From: Candidatus Nomurabacteria bacterium
GTDB taxonomy: Bacteria; Patescibacteriota; Minisyncoccia; Phycocordibacterales; CALRBL01
Direction: 5' to 3'
Length of the DNA: 64,000 nt
Assembly: GCA_963834935.1 (NCBI GenBank)
Contig: CAWIDS010000001.1
Span: forward strand, 65,338-129,337
A model generated the notes under the pieces. That model had not been told where the DNA came from and did no database searches. It saw only the letters and a program-made list of their open reading frames with translations. The position numbers and the translations under genes are program-made. How positions within the stretch are numbered: position 1 is the stretch's first letter; every line of letters starts with the position of its first letter. Below are positions 27,629-37,608 of the stretch, one piece after another.

Positions 27629-29317
27629 CTACTCGATCTGTTCTGTTTCAAGCACCACATCTTTCGCACCGAAAATCTTCTTGGGAATGAGGCCGAAAAT
27701 CTCCACGAGCTCGGGGCTCTTGAGCAATGAGAGAAGGCCCACGCCAGCAAGGATGCCGATGATGCCAGCAATGAAGCCTTGGAAGAAGATTCCGACTGAA
27801 GTATTCAGATCAAGGTAGCGTGACAAGGCATTGAGAGAAAGAAAAGTAATGAAGCCCATGATGACCGCTGTCGAGAAACTCTGGTAGAACGTCTTGCGGA
27901 GGGTGAGGAACTTCATCTTGAAATCCATCTCGAAGCAGATCCAAAGCACCACCATGTTGATAAGCGTGCCAATCGAGTAGCCGAGAGGAATGGTGAGGAC
28001 AATCGAACCGGGAATGTCATTTACCTTGAACAGGTTCTCGATGAAATACTGGAAGACCGGATTGCTTTTCCAAAGAAGTATGAAAAACCACGGCAAGGTG
28101 ATAGTGAGGAAGGATGAGGTGATGTTGATATAAAGTGGCTTGCGTGTATTGCTGCCGGCATAGTAGGCGCGGATGAAGAGAAGCTCGAGACCTTGGGCGA
28201 CCAGCGATATGACGAACAATGCGAGGCTTGCTGCCGTAAGACGGGTGTCATTCCAACCGAAATGCCCTGAGCCGAGAATGGTACGCACGATCTGGGCGCG
28301 GAGCACGATGAAAAGCGATGTTACCGGCAGCGACCAGAAGATAATATGCCGCGCTGCCACTTCAAGATGTTCGCCGAACTTGGCCCTCTGCCCGCTTGAG
28401 AAGAGCTTGCTCAAGGTCGGAAATGCTGCCAGCGAATAACTCACGCCGATGATGGCGAAAGGCACTGATTGGAGATTGAGGGAAAGATTGAAGATGGAAA
28501 TGGATCCCGCCGTCATGAACGAGGCATATGAGGTGATAAAAATAAGCTCAAGGCTATTGAGCGAAAGCGTAAGCGTGCGCGGAAATGAGAGCCGTGCGAC
28601 TTTCTTGAGCTTCTCCATGTGCATTTTCCAGGTGAAGACCGGCAGCATGTCCAAGCTCTTGATGTACGGGATCTGGATGGCAAAATGCAGTATGCTTCCA
28701 AGTACCACGCCGGCCACTATTCCGTCCAATCCGAAATGAGGCGCAAGAGCCACGATACCGAAGATGATCGCACCGTTATAGAAAAGGGGGCTCAAGGCGA
28801 AGAGGAAGAATCTCTTGGTTACCTGTGTGATCGAACCAAGAAGGTTCGATATGCCGAGCGCCACCGGCTGTATGAGCAAAATCCTTGAAATGAGTATGAA
28901 TTGCGGCCGCAGGCTCTCGTTCGCAAGCGTCGGCAAGATGATATGCGAGAGATACGGCATCAGCGCATATGCGAGCGCAGATACCAGAACCATCATGATC
29001 ATGTACGAGCTAAAGACGGTATTGATAAAAGTCTTTGATTCTTCGTTCTCTTCCCCTTTCTTCAGCCTGTCGGCGAGGAAAGGAATGAGAACGGCAATGG
29101 AGACGAGTGATGCGACGGACGAAAAGATGAAATCCGGCACGCGGAATGCGGAATAATAAATATCAAGGATGCTGCTGGCGCCGAAGGTATGAGCCAGGAG
29201 CCGGTCGCGGATGAGGGCGAGAAGCTGCGAAAGGAAAGCGAATATAGCCAGGAGATAGGCGGCATTATGCACGCTGCTTATTTCCTTCTCGATCATTGAA
29301 AAAAGTTTTCTTACCAT
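27629..29317 (-). CDS. murJ: Lipid II flippase MurJ/MviN family
   Basis: 562 aa, polytopic. The MurJ N-terminus 'AAYLLAIFAFLSQLLALIRDRLLAHTFGAS' is present. Confidence 0.8.
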   Translation of the reverse strand: MVRKLFSMIEKEISSVHNAAYLLAIFAFLSQLLALIRDRLLAHTFGASSILDIYYSAFRVPDFIFSSVASLVSIAVLIPFLADRLKKGEENEESKTFINTVFSSYMIMMVLVSALAYALMPYLSHIILPTLANESLRPQFILISRILLIQPVALGISNLLGSITQVTKRFFLFALSPLFYNGAIIFGIVALAPHFGLDGIVAGVVLGSILHFAIQIPYIKSLDMLPVFTWKMHMEKLKKVARLSFPRTLTLSLNSLELIFITSYASFMTAGSISIFNLSLNLQSVPFAIIGVSYSLAAFPTLSKLFSSGQRAKFGEHLEVAARHIIFWSLPVTSLFIVLRAQIVRTILGSGHFGWNDTRLTAASLALFVISLVAQGLELLFIRAYYAGSNTRKPLYINITSSFLTITLPWFFILLWKSNPVFQYFIENLFKVNDIPGSIVLTIPLGYSIGTLINMVVLWICFEMDFKMKFLTLRKTFYQSFSTAVIMGFITFLSLNALSRYLDLNTSVGIFFQGFIAGIIGILAGVGLLSLLKSPELVEIFGLIPKKIFGAKDVVLETEQIE

Positions 29318-29928
29318 GGCAGTGGCTTCCTATTATAGCTTCTTCTGTGCATATCGCACAAACCATTCTTCCTGATGAGCTCGCGATGCCTCAGCGTGCC
29401 GTAGCCCTTGTGGAGATGAAAATCATAGAGAGGATATTTTTTCGACAGCTTCACCATCAAGCGGTCCCGGGTGACTTTTGCCACTATTGAAGCGCAGGCG
29501 ATTACTTTTTCCTTCTCGTCGCCCTTGATGATGGTTTTTTGGTTTGTGAATTCCTCCGAGGCATGAAGCGCGCCATCAAGGAGGATTTTTGAATTTGTCT
29601 CGAGATAACCAGCCGCAGCCAAGCTAACGAGACATTTATTCATCGCAGCACGAATAGCTGGAATGATTCCCATCTGATCAATCGCCTTCGCGGGAGACAT
29701 CTCGACCTCGAAAAAGACATTACCATTTTTCTTTTCTTGTACAAAAATGCCAAACCACTTCTCTCTTTCGGCATGACTCATCTTTTTTGAATCCCTACCT
29801 TTAGGAAATCCTTTCAGCCGAAAGCCGAGTTTCATCCCGAAAACTGCCACCGAAACTGGTCCCGCCAAAGGACCTCTTCCTGCCTCGTCGATTCCGAAAG
29901 TCATACCATTTTTTTTGGTTTTTTTCAT
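29311..29928 (-). CDS. rnhB: Ribonuclease HII
   Basis: 205 aa. 'GIDEAGRGPLAGPV' and downstream catalytic residues are present. Confidence 0.9.
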   Translation of the reverse strand: MKKTKKNGMTFGIDEAGRGPLAGPVSVAVFGMKLGFRLKGFPKGRDSKKMSHAEREKWFGIFVQEKKNGNVFFEVEMSPAKAIDQMGIIPAIRAAMNKCLVSLAAAGYLETNSKILLDGALHASEEFTNQKTIIKGDEKEKVIACASIVAKVTRDRLMVKLSKKYPLYDFHLHKGYGTLRHRELIRKNGLCDMHRRSYNRKPLPW

Positions 29929-29957
29929 TATCAGATATTCTAGTATATTATGTATCC

Positions 29958-32900
29958 ATGCCTTTCTCCCATCTCCATAATCACAGCCATTATAGCCTCC
30001 TCCAAGCCCTTCCCAAAATCCCCGACTTGGTCAAGAAAGCCAAAAATTCCGGAATGACAGCGCTCGGCCTGACTGACAGCGGCAATCTCTACGGGGCCAT
30101 CGAATTTTATAAGGAGTGCGAAAAGAAAGGAATCAAGCCGATCCTTGGCGTCGACTTCTACGTCGCCTACCGCACTCGCCGCGACCGAGAGCCGCGCATC
30201 GACAATCGCCGCAGCCGCCTCATCCTGATCGCCAAGAATCTCGTGGGCTACAAAAACCTCATCAAGCTCGTCACTCGCTCGCATCTCGAAGGCTTCTACT
30301 ATAAACCACGCATCGATGACGAGCTTATCCAAGCCCACCACGAGGGGCTTATCTGTATCTCGCCGTCGTTTAGCGGCACGATTGCCTTAGCCCTAAAGAA
30401 CAATGACAAGGAAAAAGCCCTCGCCGAACTGGCGAAGCTGAAAAATATCTTCAAGGATGACTTCTATCTCGAAATCACTCATCATCCGGAAATCGAATAT
30501 CATGACAAGCTGATGGATGATCTCGCGGCGCTTGCGCAAGAGACAGACACTCCGCTTGTGGCATCCCATGATACATACTACCTCGAACCTGATGACAAAC
30601 GAGCCCGCGACACCCTGGTTTCGATCCAGAACGACTATGGCGAGCGCGTCTCAAGCACGGACAAAAGCGATTGGTCTTTCATCTCGCAAGAACAAGCAGA
30701 CGAATACTTCAAAAAAACTCCTGAGGCTCTATCCAATATCGATGCTATCGTTGAAAAGTGCACGCTCGTTCTCCCTCTCGGAAAATGGCTTTTCCCTAAT
30801 TTCATCGTTGAAAGCGGACGCACTCACGACGAAGAGCTCCACTACATCGTCTTTGAGGGAATGAAGGACCGCGGCATCGAAGGAACGCCGGAAGTGCTCG
30901 AACGAATCGAATACGAATTATCAGTCATCAAGACAAAAGGCTATGCGCCCTACTTCCTGGTGGTGGGAGATTTGCTTCGCGAAGCGCATGAACGCAATAT
31001 CCTCACTACCATCCGAGGATCGGTCGCCGGCTCGATGGTCACTTACCTCGCCCACATCACCAACGTGAATCCGATCGAATATCTCCTGCCCTTCGAGCGG
31101 TTCCTCAACCCTGAACGCCCCTCCGCACCTGATATCGACATGGATTACGCCGACAACCGCCGCGACGAGATGATCGGCTACGCACGTCAGAAATACGGCA
31201 AGGATAAGGTGGCTCAGATCGGAACATTCGGTACTATGATGGCGAAAGGAGCGGTACGCGATGTTGCCCGCGCCCTCGGCTATGACTACGGCACCGGCGA
31301 CCGAATCTCCAAGCTCATTCCAATGGGCTCGCAAGGCTTTCCCATGACCATCGATCGTGCGATTGAGATCGTGCCTGAGCTGGCCAAAGCCTATGAGCAA
31401 GAAGAAGACATCAAGGAAATCATTGATATGGCGAAAAAGATCGAAGGCTGCGCGCGACACATCTCTGTGCATGCCGCTGGCGTCGTCATCTCGCCGATTC
31501 CTCTCGATGAGATTGTTCCTGTACAGTACGACCCGAAAGGCACTGACAGTGGCGAAGGCAAGATCATCACCCAGTACGATATGCATTACGTCGACGAGAA
31601 CAATGCGGGGCTGCTCAAGTTCGATTTCCTCGGTATCCGGAACCTGTCGATTCTTGCCGATGCGGTGAAGCGGGTGAAAAGGATAAAAAATATTGATGTC
31701 GATATCGAGAATGTGCCGGTAGATGACAAAAAGACATTCGAGATGCTCGCGCGCGGAGAGACAACCGGCCTTTTCCAGCTGAATGGAAGCGGAATGACAA
31801 AATTTCTCGTCGACTTGAAGCCTTCGACTATCCATGACATCAATGCCATGGTGGCGCTCTACCGTCCCGGCCCGATGGAATACATTCCCAAATACATTGA
31901 ACGAAAGCACAATCCAAAACTAGTCCGTTATCATGACCCACGCATGGAGCCGATCTTGAAGCAATCGTTCGGAGTCATCACCTATCAGGACGACGTCATG
32001 ATGATTGCCATCAAGCTTGCCGGCTATTCCTGGCTCGAGGCTGACGTCCTTCGAAAAGCCATGGGAAAAAAGATTCCTGCATTGATGGAAGCGGAAAAAA
32101 TAAAGCTCAAGGATGGCTTGGTGAATAACGGCATGAGCGAGAAAAAAGCGGACGAGCTGTGGAAACTGATCGAGCCATTCGCCGCCTACGGATTCAACAA
32201 GGCCCACGCAGCAAGTTATGGAAAAGTGGCATATCAGACTGCATATATGAAAGCGAACTTCCCAGCCATATATATGTCTGCGGTGCTTACGGCAGAATCG
32301 GGAAATATCGAAGAAATCGCCACTAACATCGCCGAATGCAAGCGCATGGGCATCGAGGTTCTTCCGCCGAACATAAATGAAAGCTATAAAGGATTCACTG
32401 TGGTGCCAGGAGACGGCAAGACTGATGACGTCATCCGCTTCGGATTGGTGACCATCAAGAACTTCGGCGAAGGAATCGCTGAAGCGATCATCAGTGAGCG
32501 CGAAGCTCATGGCAAATTCGCTTCTCTTGAAGATTTTCTGCTTCGTATCAAGGACCGCAACCTCAATAAGAAATCTCTCGAGTCTCTCATCAAGGCAGGA
32601 GCAATGGACGAATTCGGCGACCGTGGGCTCTTGCTCGGCAATCTTGAAGTCATCCTTCACTTCAACAAGGAGACCACAGCGCTGCCGAATCATGAAGATA
32701 CCCTTTTCAGCTCGCTTTCGAAGGATGAATTTTCCGCGAGGCTCGCGCTCGACGAAATGCCACTTGCAGCCATGGAAGAAAAGCTCGGTTGGGAAAAGGA
32801 CCTTCTTGGCTTGTACATCTCGGGCCATCCTCTCGACAAGCACATGGAGAAATTCGAGAAGCACGACATGTCGATCGCCAAGCTGAAGGAAATCTGCAAG

Positions 32901-33203
32901 CCCATCTTCATCGAAGTTCCTGAGAATGTCGACAAGAAAACGCTAAAGAAGCAGCGTGAGAAGGAATACGTGGTGGCGGGAATGATCACTGAAGCCAAGG
33001 AAATAATCACTAAGACCAATGCCCGAATGATGTTCATGACTCTCGCTGATCGCACCGATTCTATTGAGTGCGTCGTCTTCGCCAAGACTTACGAACTGAT
33101 GAAGGGCCTGCTTACCACCGACGCCTGCGTCGCACTCAAAGGCAAAGTATCCGAAAGGAATGGGGAGCTGAGCTTTTTAGTTGATAAGGTGAAGAAACTG
33201 TAG
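29958..33203 (+). CDS. dnaE: DNA polymerase III alpha subunit
   Basis: 1081 aa. PHP domain 'FSHLHNHSHYSLL', the polymerase core and an OB fold are present. Confidence 0.95.
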   Translation: MPFSHLHNHSHYSLLQALPKIPDLVKKAKNSGMTALGLTDSGNLYGAIEFYKECEKKGIKPILGVDFYVAYRTRRDREPRIDNRRSRLILIAKNLVGYKNLIKLVTRSHLEGFYYKPRIDDELIQAHHEGLICISPSFSGTIALALKNNDKEKALAELAKLKNIFKDDFYLEITHHPEIEYHDKLMDDLAALAQETDTPLVASHDTYYLEPDDKRARDTLVSIQNDYGERVSSTDKSDWSFISQEQADEYFKKTPEALSNIDAIVEKCTLVLPLGKWLFPNFIVESGRTHDEELHYIVFEGMKDRGIEGTPEVLERIEYELSVIKTKGYAPYFLVVGDLLREAHERNILTTIRGSVAGSMVTYLAHITNVNPIEYLLPFERFLNPERPSAPDIDMDYADNRRDEMIGYARQKYGKDKVAQIGTFGTMMAKGAVRDVARALGYDYGTGDRISKLIPMGSQGFPMTIDRAIEIVPELAKAYEQEEDIKEIIDMAKKIEGCARHISVHAAGVVISPIPLDEIVPVQYDPKGTDSGEGKIITQYDMHYVDENNAGLLKFDFLGIRNLSILADAVKRVKRIKNIDVDIENVPVDDKKTFEMLARGETTGLFQLNGSGMTKFLVDLKPSTIHDINAMVALYRPGPMEYIPKYIERKHNPKLVRYHDPRMEPILKQSFGVITYQDDVMMIAIKLAGYSWLEADVLRKAMGKKIPALMEAEKIKLKDGLVNNGMSEKKADELWKLIEPFAAYGFNKAHAASYGKVAYQTAYMKANFPAIYMSAVLTAESGNIEEIATNIAECKRMGIEVLPPNINESYKGFTVVPGDGKTDDVIRFGLVTIKNFGEGIAEAIISEREAHGKFASLEDFLLRIKDRNLNKKSLESLIKAGAMDEFGDRGLLLGNLEVILHFNKETTALPNHEDTLFSSLSKDEFSARLALDEMPLAAMEEKLGWEKDLLGLYISGHPLDKHMEKFEKHDMSIAKLKEICKPIFIEVPENVDKKTLKKQREKEYVVAGMITEAKEIITKTNARMMFMTLADRTDSIECVVFAKTYELMKGLLTTDACVALKGKVSERNGELSFLVDKVKKL

Positions 33204-33314
33204 GTAAAATATTTTATTGTACGTACAAAATAAAAAAGAAGAGCCCCCGCACCGTAAAAATCACGGAGCAAGGGCTCAAAGGGTTAAGGGTACACTTATG
33301 CGTTTCGCCAAGGA

Positions 33315-33977
33315 CTACTCGGCGTCGCAGAAGCAGAGGAGGCAGCAGCGGTCAATCCAGACGCCCCCAAAGAGGCCGAGGCGGAACTTGAAGCCACCGT
33401 CCGAGCAGCGGAACACGAGCGTCACCCTGCGGTTGCCGTCGGCGTCTTTCCAGAGCGCTTCCTTTTCATCGAAGGAGACTGAATATCGGTCAACAGGCAG
33501 TTGCTCTTTGCCCTGCTCATAAGCGAGGCTCATGCCTTGGGCACCGACGAGCACTCCTTTGTGCGAACGGATCTGGTTCAGGCAGTCGTCTGACGACACC
33601 CGACCTTTGATCTGGAAGACCTTCACCTTGAACTTGCGTCCGGCGACGAGCTTGGTCGTCGCATTGGCGTAGTTCTGGTCGGTGATGTTTTTGTTGTAAT
33701 AGGCGAACTCCTTACGGTGCTCGTTACCGAACGTATCCAGACGGGTTCCGTGATCATAACCTTCCGGCACGATGACGTTGAAGGTGTTGACCAGTTCGAA
33801 ACGGTCGTCCACCAGGGCTCCCTCGGTGAGGGCAGCATGCATCGCTTTCGCGTGCCTGTTGCCTCTCGAGTTGACGATCTGATGCACAAGATCGGCGTTG
33901 AAGCCTGCCTTGTCGAGGACCAATGCAAATTCATGCATCGCTCTACAGCTCATATCACACACGCTTTTTGCGCTCAT
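33315..33977 (-). CDS. Hypothetical protein in a locally GC-rich (~60%) segment
   Basis: 220-aa ORF with no recognisable motif and a Cys-rich C-terminus. Its composition differs from the flanking dnaE and thrS. Confidence 0.4.
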   Translation of the reverse strand: MSAKSVCDMSCRAMHEFALVLDKAGFNADLVHQIVNSRGNRHAKAMHAALTEGALVDDRFELVNTFNVIVPEGYDHGTRLDTFGNEHRKEFAYYNKNITDQNYANATTKLVAGRKFKVKVFQIKGRVSSDDCLNQIRSHKGVLVGAQGMSLAYEQGKEQLPVDRYSVSFDEKEALWKDADGNRRVTLVFRCSDGGFKFRLGLFGGVWIDRCCLLCFCDAE

Positions 33978-34089
33978 GATGTTCTTTTTTCAATTTGCTA
34001 AATGATTCAAAGTGAAGTTCCCGACAGTAATGAAGGGCACTTTGAGTTTCGGGTGTATTATATCATTTATTTATTAGACAGTCAAGTAA

Positions 34090-35868
34090 GTGAAAAAGTC
34101 TGAAACATGCTACTATTTTTCAATGAATCAAAACGAACAGCTTTCCAATAAACGGCACACCTTAGCCCATCTTTTAGCTGCGGCAGTGCTTGAACTTCAT
34201 CCTGATGCGAAAAATACCATAGGTCCGGCAATAGACAATGGCTTCTATTATGATTTCGAATTCAGCGCTCCCCTTCCGGAAGCCGAACTTAAGGACCTCG
34301 AAAAGAAAATGAAAAAGCTTTCGAACGTCTGGACTGAATTCACTCACAAAGAAGTCAGCGAAGCCGAAGCGAAGGAATTTTTCAAAGATAATCCCTACAA
34401 GATCGAACTGATCGATGAGATCGTGAAGAAGAAAGAGGAAATCACTCTCTACACTTGCGGAAATTTCACCGACCTTTGCCGAGGCGGACACGTCGAGCAT
34501 CCCTCGAAGGAAATTGACCTCGACGCATTCAAGCTGAGCCATATCGCTGGTGCCTATTGGCGCGGCGACGAGAAAAACAAGATGCTCACCCGGATTTATG
34601 GACTGGCATTCGACACCAAGGAAGAGCTTAACGCGCATATTACTCAGCAGGAAGAAGCGAAGAAAAGAGACCATCGAAAGCTTGGAAAGGAACTGAGGCT
34701 TTTCACTATTTCCGATCTGATCGGCGCAGGCCTCCCTTTGATGCAACCAAAAGGAATGGTAATAAGGAAAGCTCTTGAAGATTATCTGTGGGAACTGCAT
34801 AAAAATAAGGGATACGACAGGGTTTGGACTCCCCATATCGCCAAAGAAGCTCTGTATGTCACCTCGGGTCACGCTGCAAAATTCGGCGACGAGCTTTTCC
34901 GCGTTCAAGGAAAAGAAGACAAATTCGTCATGAAGCCGATGAACTGCCCTCATCACATGCAGATTTTTGCAGACAATCAATTCTCATACCGCGACTTGCC
35001 TGTGCGTTACTTTGAGCCTGCGACCGTATATCGTGATGAAAAATCAGGACAGCTCGGCGGACTCACGCGCGTGCGCGCCATCACTCAAGATGATGGGCAC
35101 CTTTTCTGCAGGACAAGCCAGATCATCGAAGAAGTAGAAGTGATAGTAAATATCATCAAGGAATTTTATACGACTATGGGCCTCATGAATGACTACTGGG
35201 TTCGGCTTTCTCTTCGCGGCGATGATACGAGTAAATATCTCGGTTCGGATGAAGTATGGAATACCGCTGAAAAAGCTCTCACGGACGTATGCGAGAAACT
35301 AAGTCTTCCCTACAAGCCGGCGAAGGATGAAGCTGCTTTTTACGGGCCGAAGCTTGATTTCATGTTCAAAGACGCGATCGGACGCGAATGGCAGCTTGCT
35401 ACCGTGCAGTGCGATTTCAATCTCCCCGAACGATTCCAACTTGAATTCACCAATGAGAAAGGAGACAAGGAAAGACCAGTGGTCATCCACCGTGCGATTT
35501 CAGGATCTCTTGAACGATTCATGGCAGTCATGATCGAGCACTTCGCCGGCAACTTCCCTCTCTGGCTTTCGCCGGTGCAAGTGGCAGTCATACCTGTAAG
35601 AGAAAATCACAATGATAAAGGAAAGGAAGCTTATGAAAAGCTGATGGAGAACGATATCCGTGCCGAACTGAGCGATGATGACGAGAATCTTGGTAAGAAA
35701 GTGCGCGAAGCCAAAAACCAGAAGATTCCTTACACAATCATTATCGGAGACAAGGACATCGAAGCTGGCAAAGTCACCCTCGAAAGCCGCGACGCCGGCA
35801 ACCTCGGACAGCTCACTATCGATGAAGTGATTGCGAAACTAAAGGCTGAAATCGACGAAAAGAAATAG
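34090..35868 (+). CDS. thrS: Threonyl-tRNA synthetase, short form lacking most of the N-terminal TGS region
   Basis: 592 aa. It has the second additional domain (HxxxH) 'HTLAHLLAAAV', class II motifs and an anticodon-binding domain. The start may instead be the MNQNEQ codon at about 34126. Confidence 0.9.
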   Translation: MKKSETCYYFSMNQNEQLSNKRHTLAHLLAAAVLELHPDAKNTIGPAIDNGFYYDFEFSAPLPEAELKDLEKKMKKLSNVWTEFTHKEVSEAEAKEFFKDNPYKIELIDEIVKKKEEITLYTCGNFTDLCRGGHVEHPSKEIDLDAFKLSHIAGAYWRGDEKNKMLTRIYGLAFDTKEELNAHITQQEEAKKRDHRKLGKELRLFTISDLIGAGLPLMQPKGMVIRKALEDYLWELHKNKGYDRVWTPHIAKEALYVTSGHAAKFGDELFRVQGKEDKFVMKPMNCPHHMQIFADNQFSYRDLPVRYFEPATVYRDEKSGQLGGLTRVRAITQDDGHLFCRTSQIIEEVEVIVNIIKEFYTTMGLMNDYWVRLSLRGDDTSKYLGSDEVWNTAEKALTDVCEKLSLPYKPAKDEAAFYGPKLDFMFKDAIGREWQLATVQCDFNLPERFQLEFTNEKGDKERPVVIHRAISGSLERFMAVMIEHFAGNFPLWLSPVQVAVIPVRENHNDKGKEAYEKLMENDIRAELSDDDENLGKKVREAKNQKIPYTIIIGDKDIEAGKVTLESRDAGNLGQLTIDEVIAKLKAEIDEKK

Positions 35869-35878
35869 AAGGTAGACA

Positions 35879-35920
35879 GCAAAAACAAATACCATCTTGA
35901 TGATGGTATTTGTTTTTGCT
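35879..35920. terminator. Bidirectional terminator hairpin between the convergent thrS and the adhesin gene
   Basis: Sequence aaaaacaaataccatc-ttga-tgatggtatttgttttt. Confidence 0.55.
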
Positions 35921-35931
35921 TCTGCTATCTT

Positions 35932-37605
35932 TTATTCTCCTATGCTTTCAAGTATCTCCTTTTCCTTTCGCTTCTCGTTTCGTCGCGCTACGTAAAGGTA
36001 GGCAAGGAAGGCGCTCCAGATGAAGAGTCCGCCGACGAAGAGTTCTGTCTTCACCGTAGGGCTGATGCCGGTAGCAGGGATCGAATTCAAGTACACACCA
36101 CCATTCGTTGGAGGAGTAGGTTGGGTGTATAAGTAAGCATTGTTGTTCTGGCCAACGTTCACATTACATGAAGCAGTCACTTGCTGGCCGTTCTCATAGA
36201 CAGTAACAGTGGCGTACTTGTAGCCTGAGGTCTGGTAGGACTTGTAGGCAGTAGAATTCGAGCTGTAAAGTCCGTCGGTTCCGTTCCATGAGTAGGTGTA
36301 GTAGCCATTGTAACCGTAGCTGTTGTTGTAGTTGTAACTATTGTTGTTATAGATTCCTCCTGAAGGATAAACGGTCCAAGTGACATTGTTATTTATTCCA
36401 GGATTGCTTGGTGTTCCTTCGCAATAAGCGGAGATGTTATTGTTGATATAATTATTTCCCTGGATGTTTGTCGTACAGGTCTGGGTGATGCTCTGGCCAT
36501 TTGAATAGATAGTCACTGTTCCGTATTTGGTACCAGGATTATTGTATGTCTGATAGACAGTCTGAGACGAGCCAGAAAGTCCGTCGGTTCCGTTCCATGA
36601 GTAAGAATAGTTTCCGTTTCCGCCTGAAGCATTGACGCTCCAAATCACCTGATTATTGACATTTGCGTACTCAGGCGATACCTGGCACGAGGCAGTAAGG
36701 TTATTTTGATAATTGTTGTTTACATATGCGTTACAGCTTGCTGACTGCGACTGCCCGTTCGAATTGACAGTAACTGTTGCGGTCTGATTTCCAGCGCTGT
36801 TGTAGGTTTGATAAACAGTTTGCGATGATCCTGAAAGGCTGTTCGAGCCGCTCCAGTAGTATGAATAGTTTCCGTTTCCACCTGAGACGTTCGCAGTCCA
36901 TCCAATTTGACCACCGACATTGATAGAGTTCGGATTAGCGGAACATGAGACAACAAGATTATTCTGTGTCTGGTTGACTTGGGCGTTGCATGTGGCTGAT
37001 TGTGTCTGACCGTTCGAATTGACTGTCACTGTTGCGGTCTTGCTCCCTGAGTTAGCATAGGTTTGGGAAACGCTCTGAGACGAGCCAGAAAGTCCGTCGG
37101 TTCCGTTCCATGAGTAAGAATAGTTTCCGTTTCCGCCTGAGACGTTCGCAGTCCAGGTTATCGGATTGTTCACGTTCACCGAAGAAGGATTAGCCGAACA
37201 TGAGACGACAAGATTATTCTGCTGTGGCTGATTAACGTTCACGCTACATGTCTGCTGAATGGATTGATTGTTCGAGGTGATAGTGACGGTGGCATATTTG
37301 GTGCCGGAAGTCGAATATGACTGAGATACCTGCCTGGTCAAGCCGCTGAGACCATCGGTTCCGTTCCATGAGTAAGTATAATAACCGTTTCCACCTGAAG
37401 CTGATCCGGTAAAGGTGACCGTATCGCCAATATGAGCGGTGCTTTCAGAAACGCTGCATGATCCTGTGACAGGCGGATAAGTACAGCCAGTGCTGCACGC
37501 ATATGCCTTGGCGTCGGATATCGCCAAAAGCGAAAATACAGCTAGGATAAAGGCAATGGTGAGGAAGATGTATTTTGTTTTTTTCATGTGATTATTATAT
37601 ATCAT
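35932..37605 (-). CDS. Secreted PKD-like tandem-repeat surface protein with a C-terminal sortase sorting signal (IPATG, TM segment, basic tail)
   Basis: 557 aa. N-terminal signal peptide. About 5 repeats of ~83 aa containing 'GGNGNYSYSWNGTDGLSGSSQ.V.QTY...G.K.ATVTV.SNGQ' (a PKD-like WxFGDG / HxY..G.Y core). The C-terminus is 'LNSIPATGISPTVKTELFVGGLFIWSAFLAYLYVARRNEKRKEK'. Confidence 0.75.
   Translation of the reverse strand: MIYNNHMKKTKYIFLTIAFILAVFSLLAISDAKAYACSTGCTYPPVTGSCSVSESTAHIGDTVTFTGSASGGNGYYTYSWNGTDGLSGLTRQVSQSYSTSGTKYATVTITSNNQSIQQTCSVNVNQPQQNNLVVSCSANPSSVNVNNPITWTANVSGGNGNYSYSWNGTDGLSGSSQSVSQTYANSGSKTATVTVNSNGQTQSATCNAQVNQTQNNLVVSCSANPNSINVGGQIGWTANVSGGNGNYSYYWSGSNSLSGSSQTVYQTYNSAGNQTATVTVNSNGQSQSASCNAYVNNNYQNNLTASCQVSPEYANVNNQVIWSVNASGGNGNYSYSWNGTDGLSGSSQTVYQTYNNPGTKYGTVTIYSNGQSITQTCTTNIQGNNYINNNISAYCEGTPSNPGINNNVTWTVYPSGGIYNNNSYNYNNSYGYNGYYTYSWNGTDGLYSSNSTAYKSYQTSGYKYATVTVYENGQQVTASCNVNVGQNNNAYLYTQPTPPTNGGVYLNSIPATGISPTVKTELFVGGLFIWSAFLAYLYVARRNEKRKEKEILESIGE
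36170..37470. repeat. Tandem direct repeats with a period of about 250 nt, encoding the PKD-like units
   Basis: Repeated nucleotide blocks are visible (for example ...gtccgtcggttccgttccatgagtaagaatagtttccgtttccgcctga...). Confidence 0.7.
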
Positions 37606-37608
37606 ATA

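Noticed and set aside
34174-34980. 268-aa minus-strand ORF inside thrS
   Set aside because: It is antisense to thrS and has no recognisable motifs.
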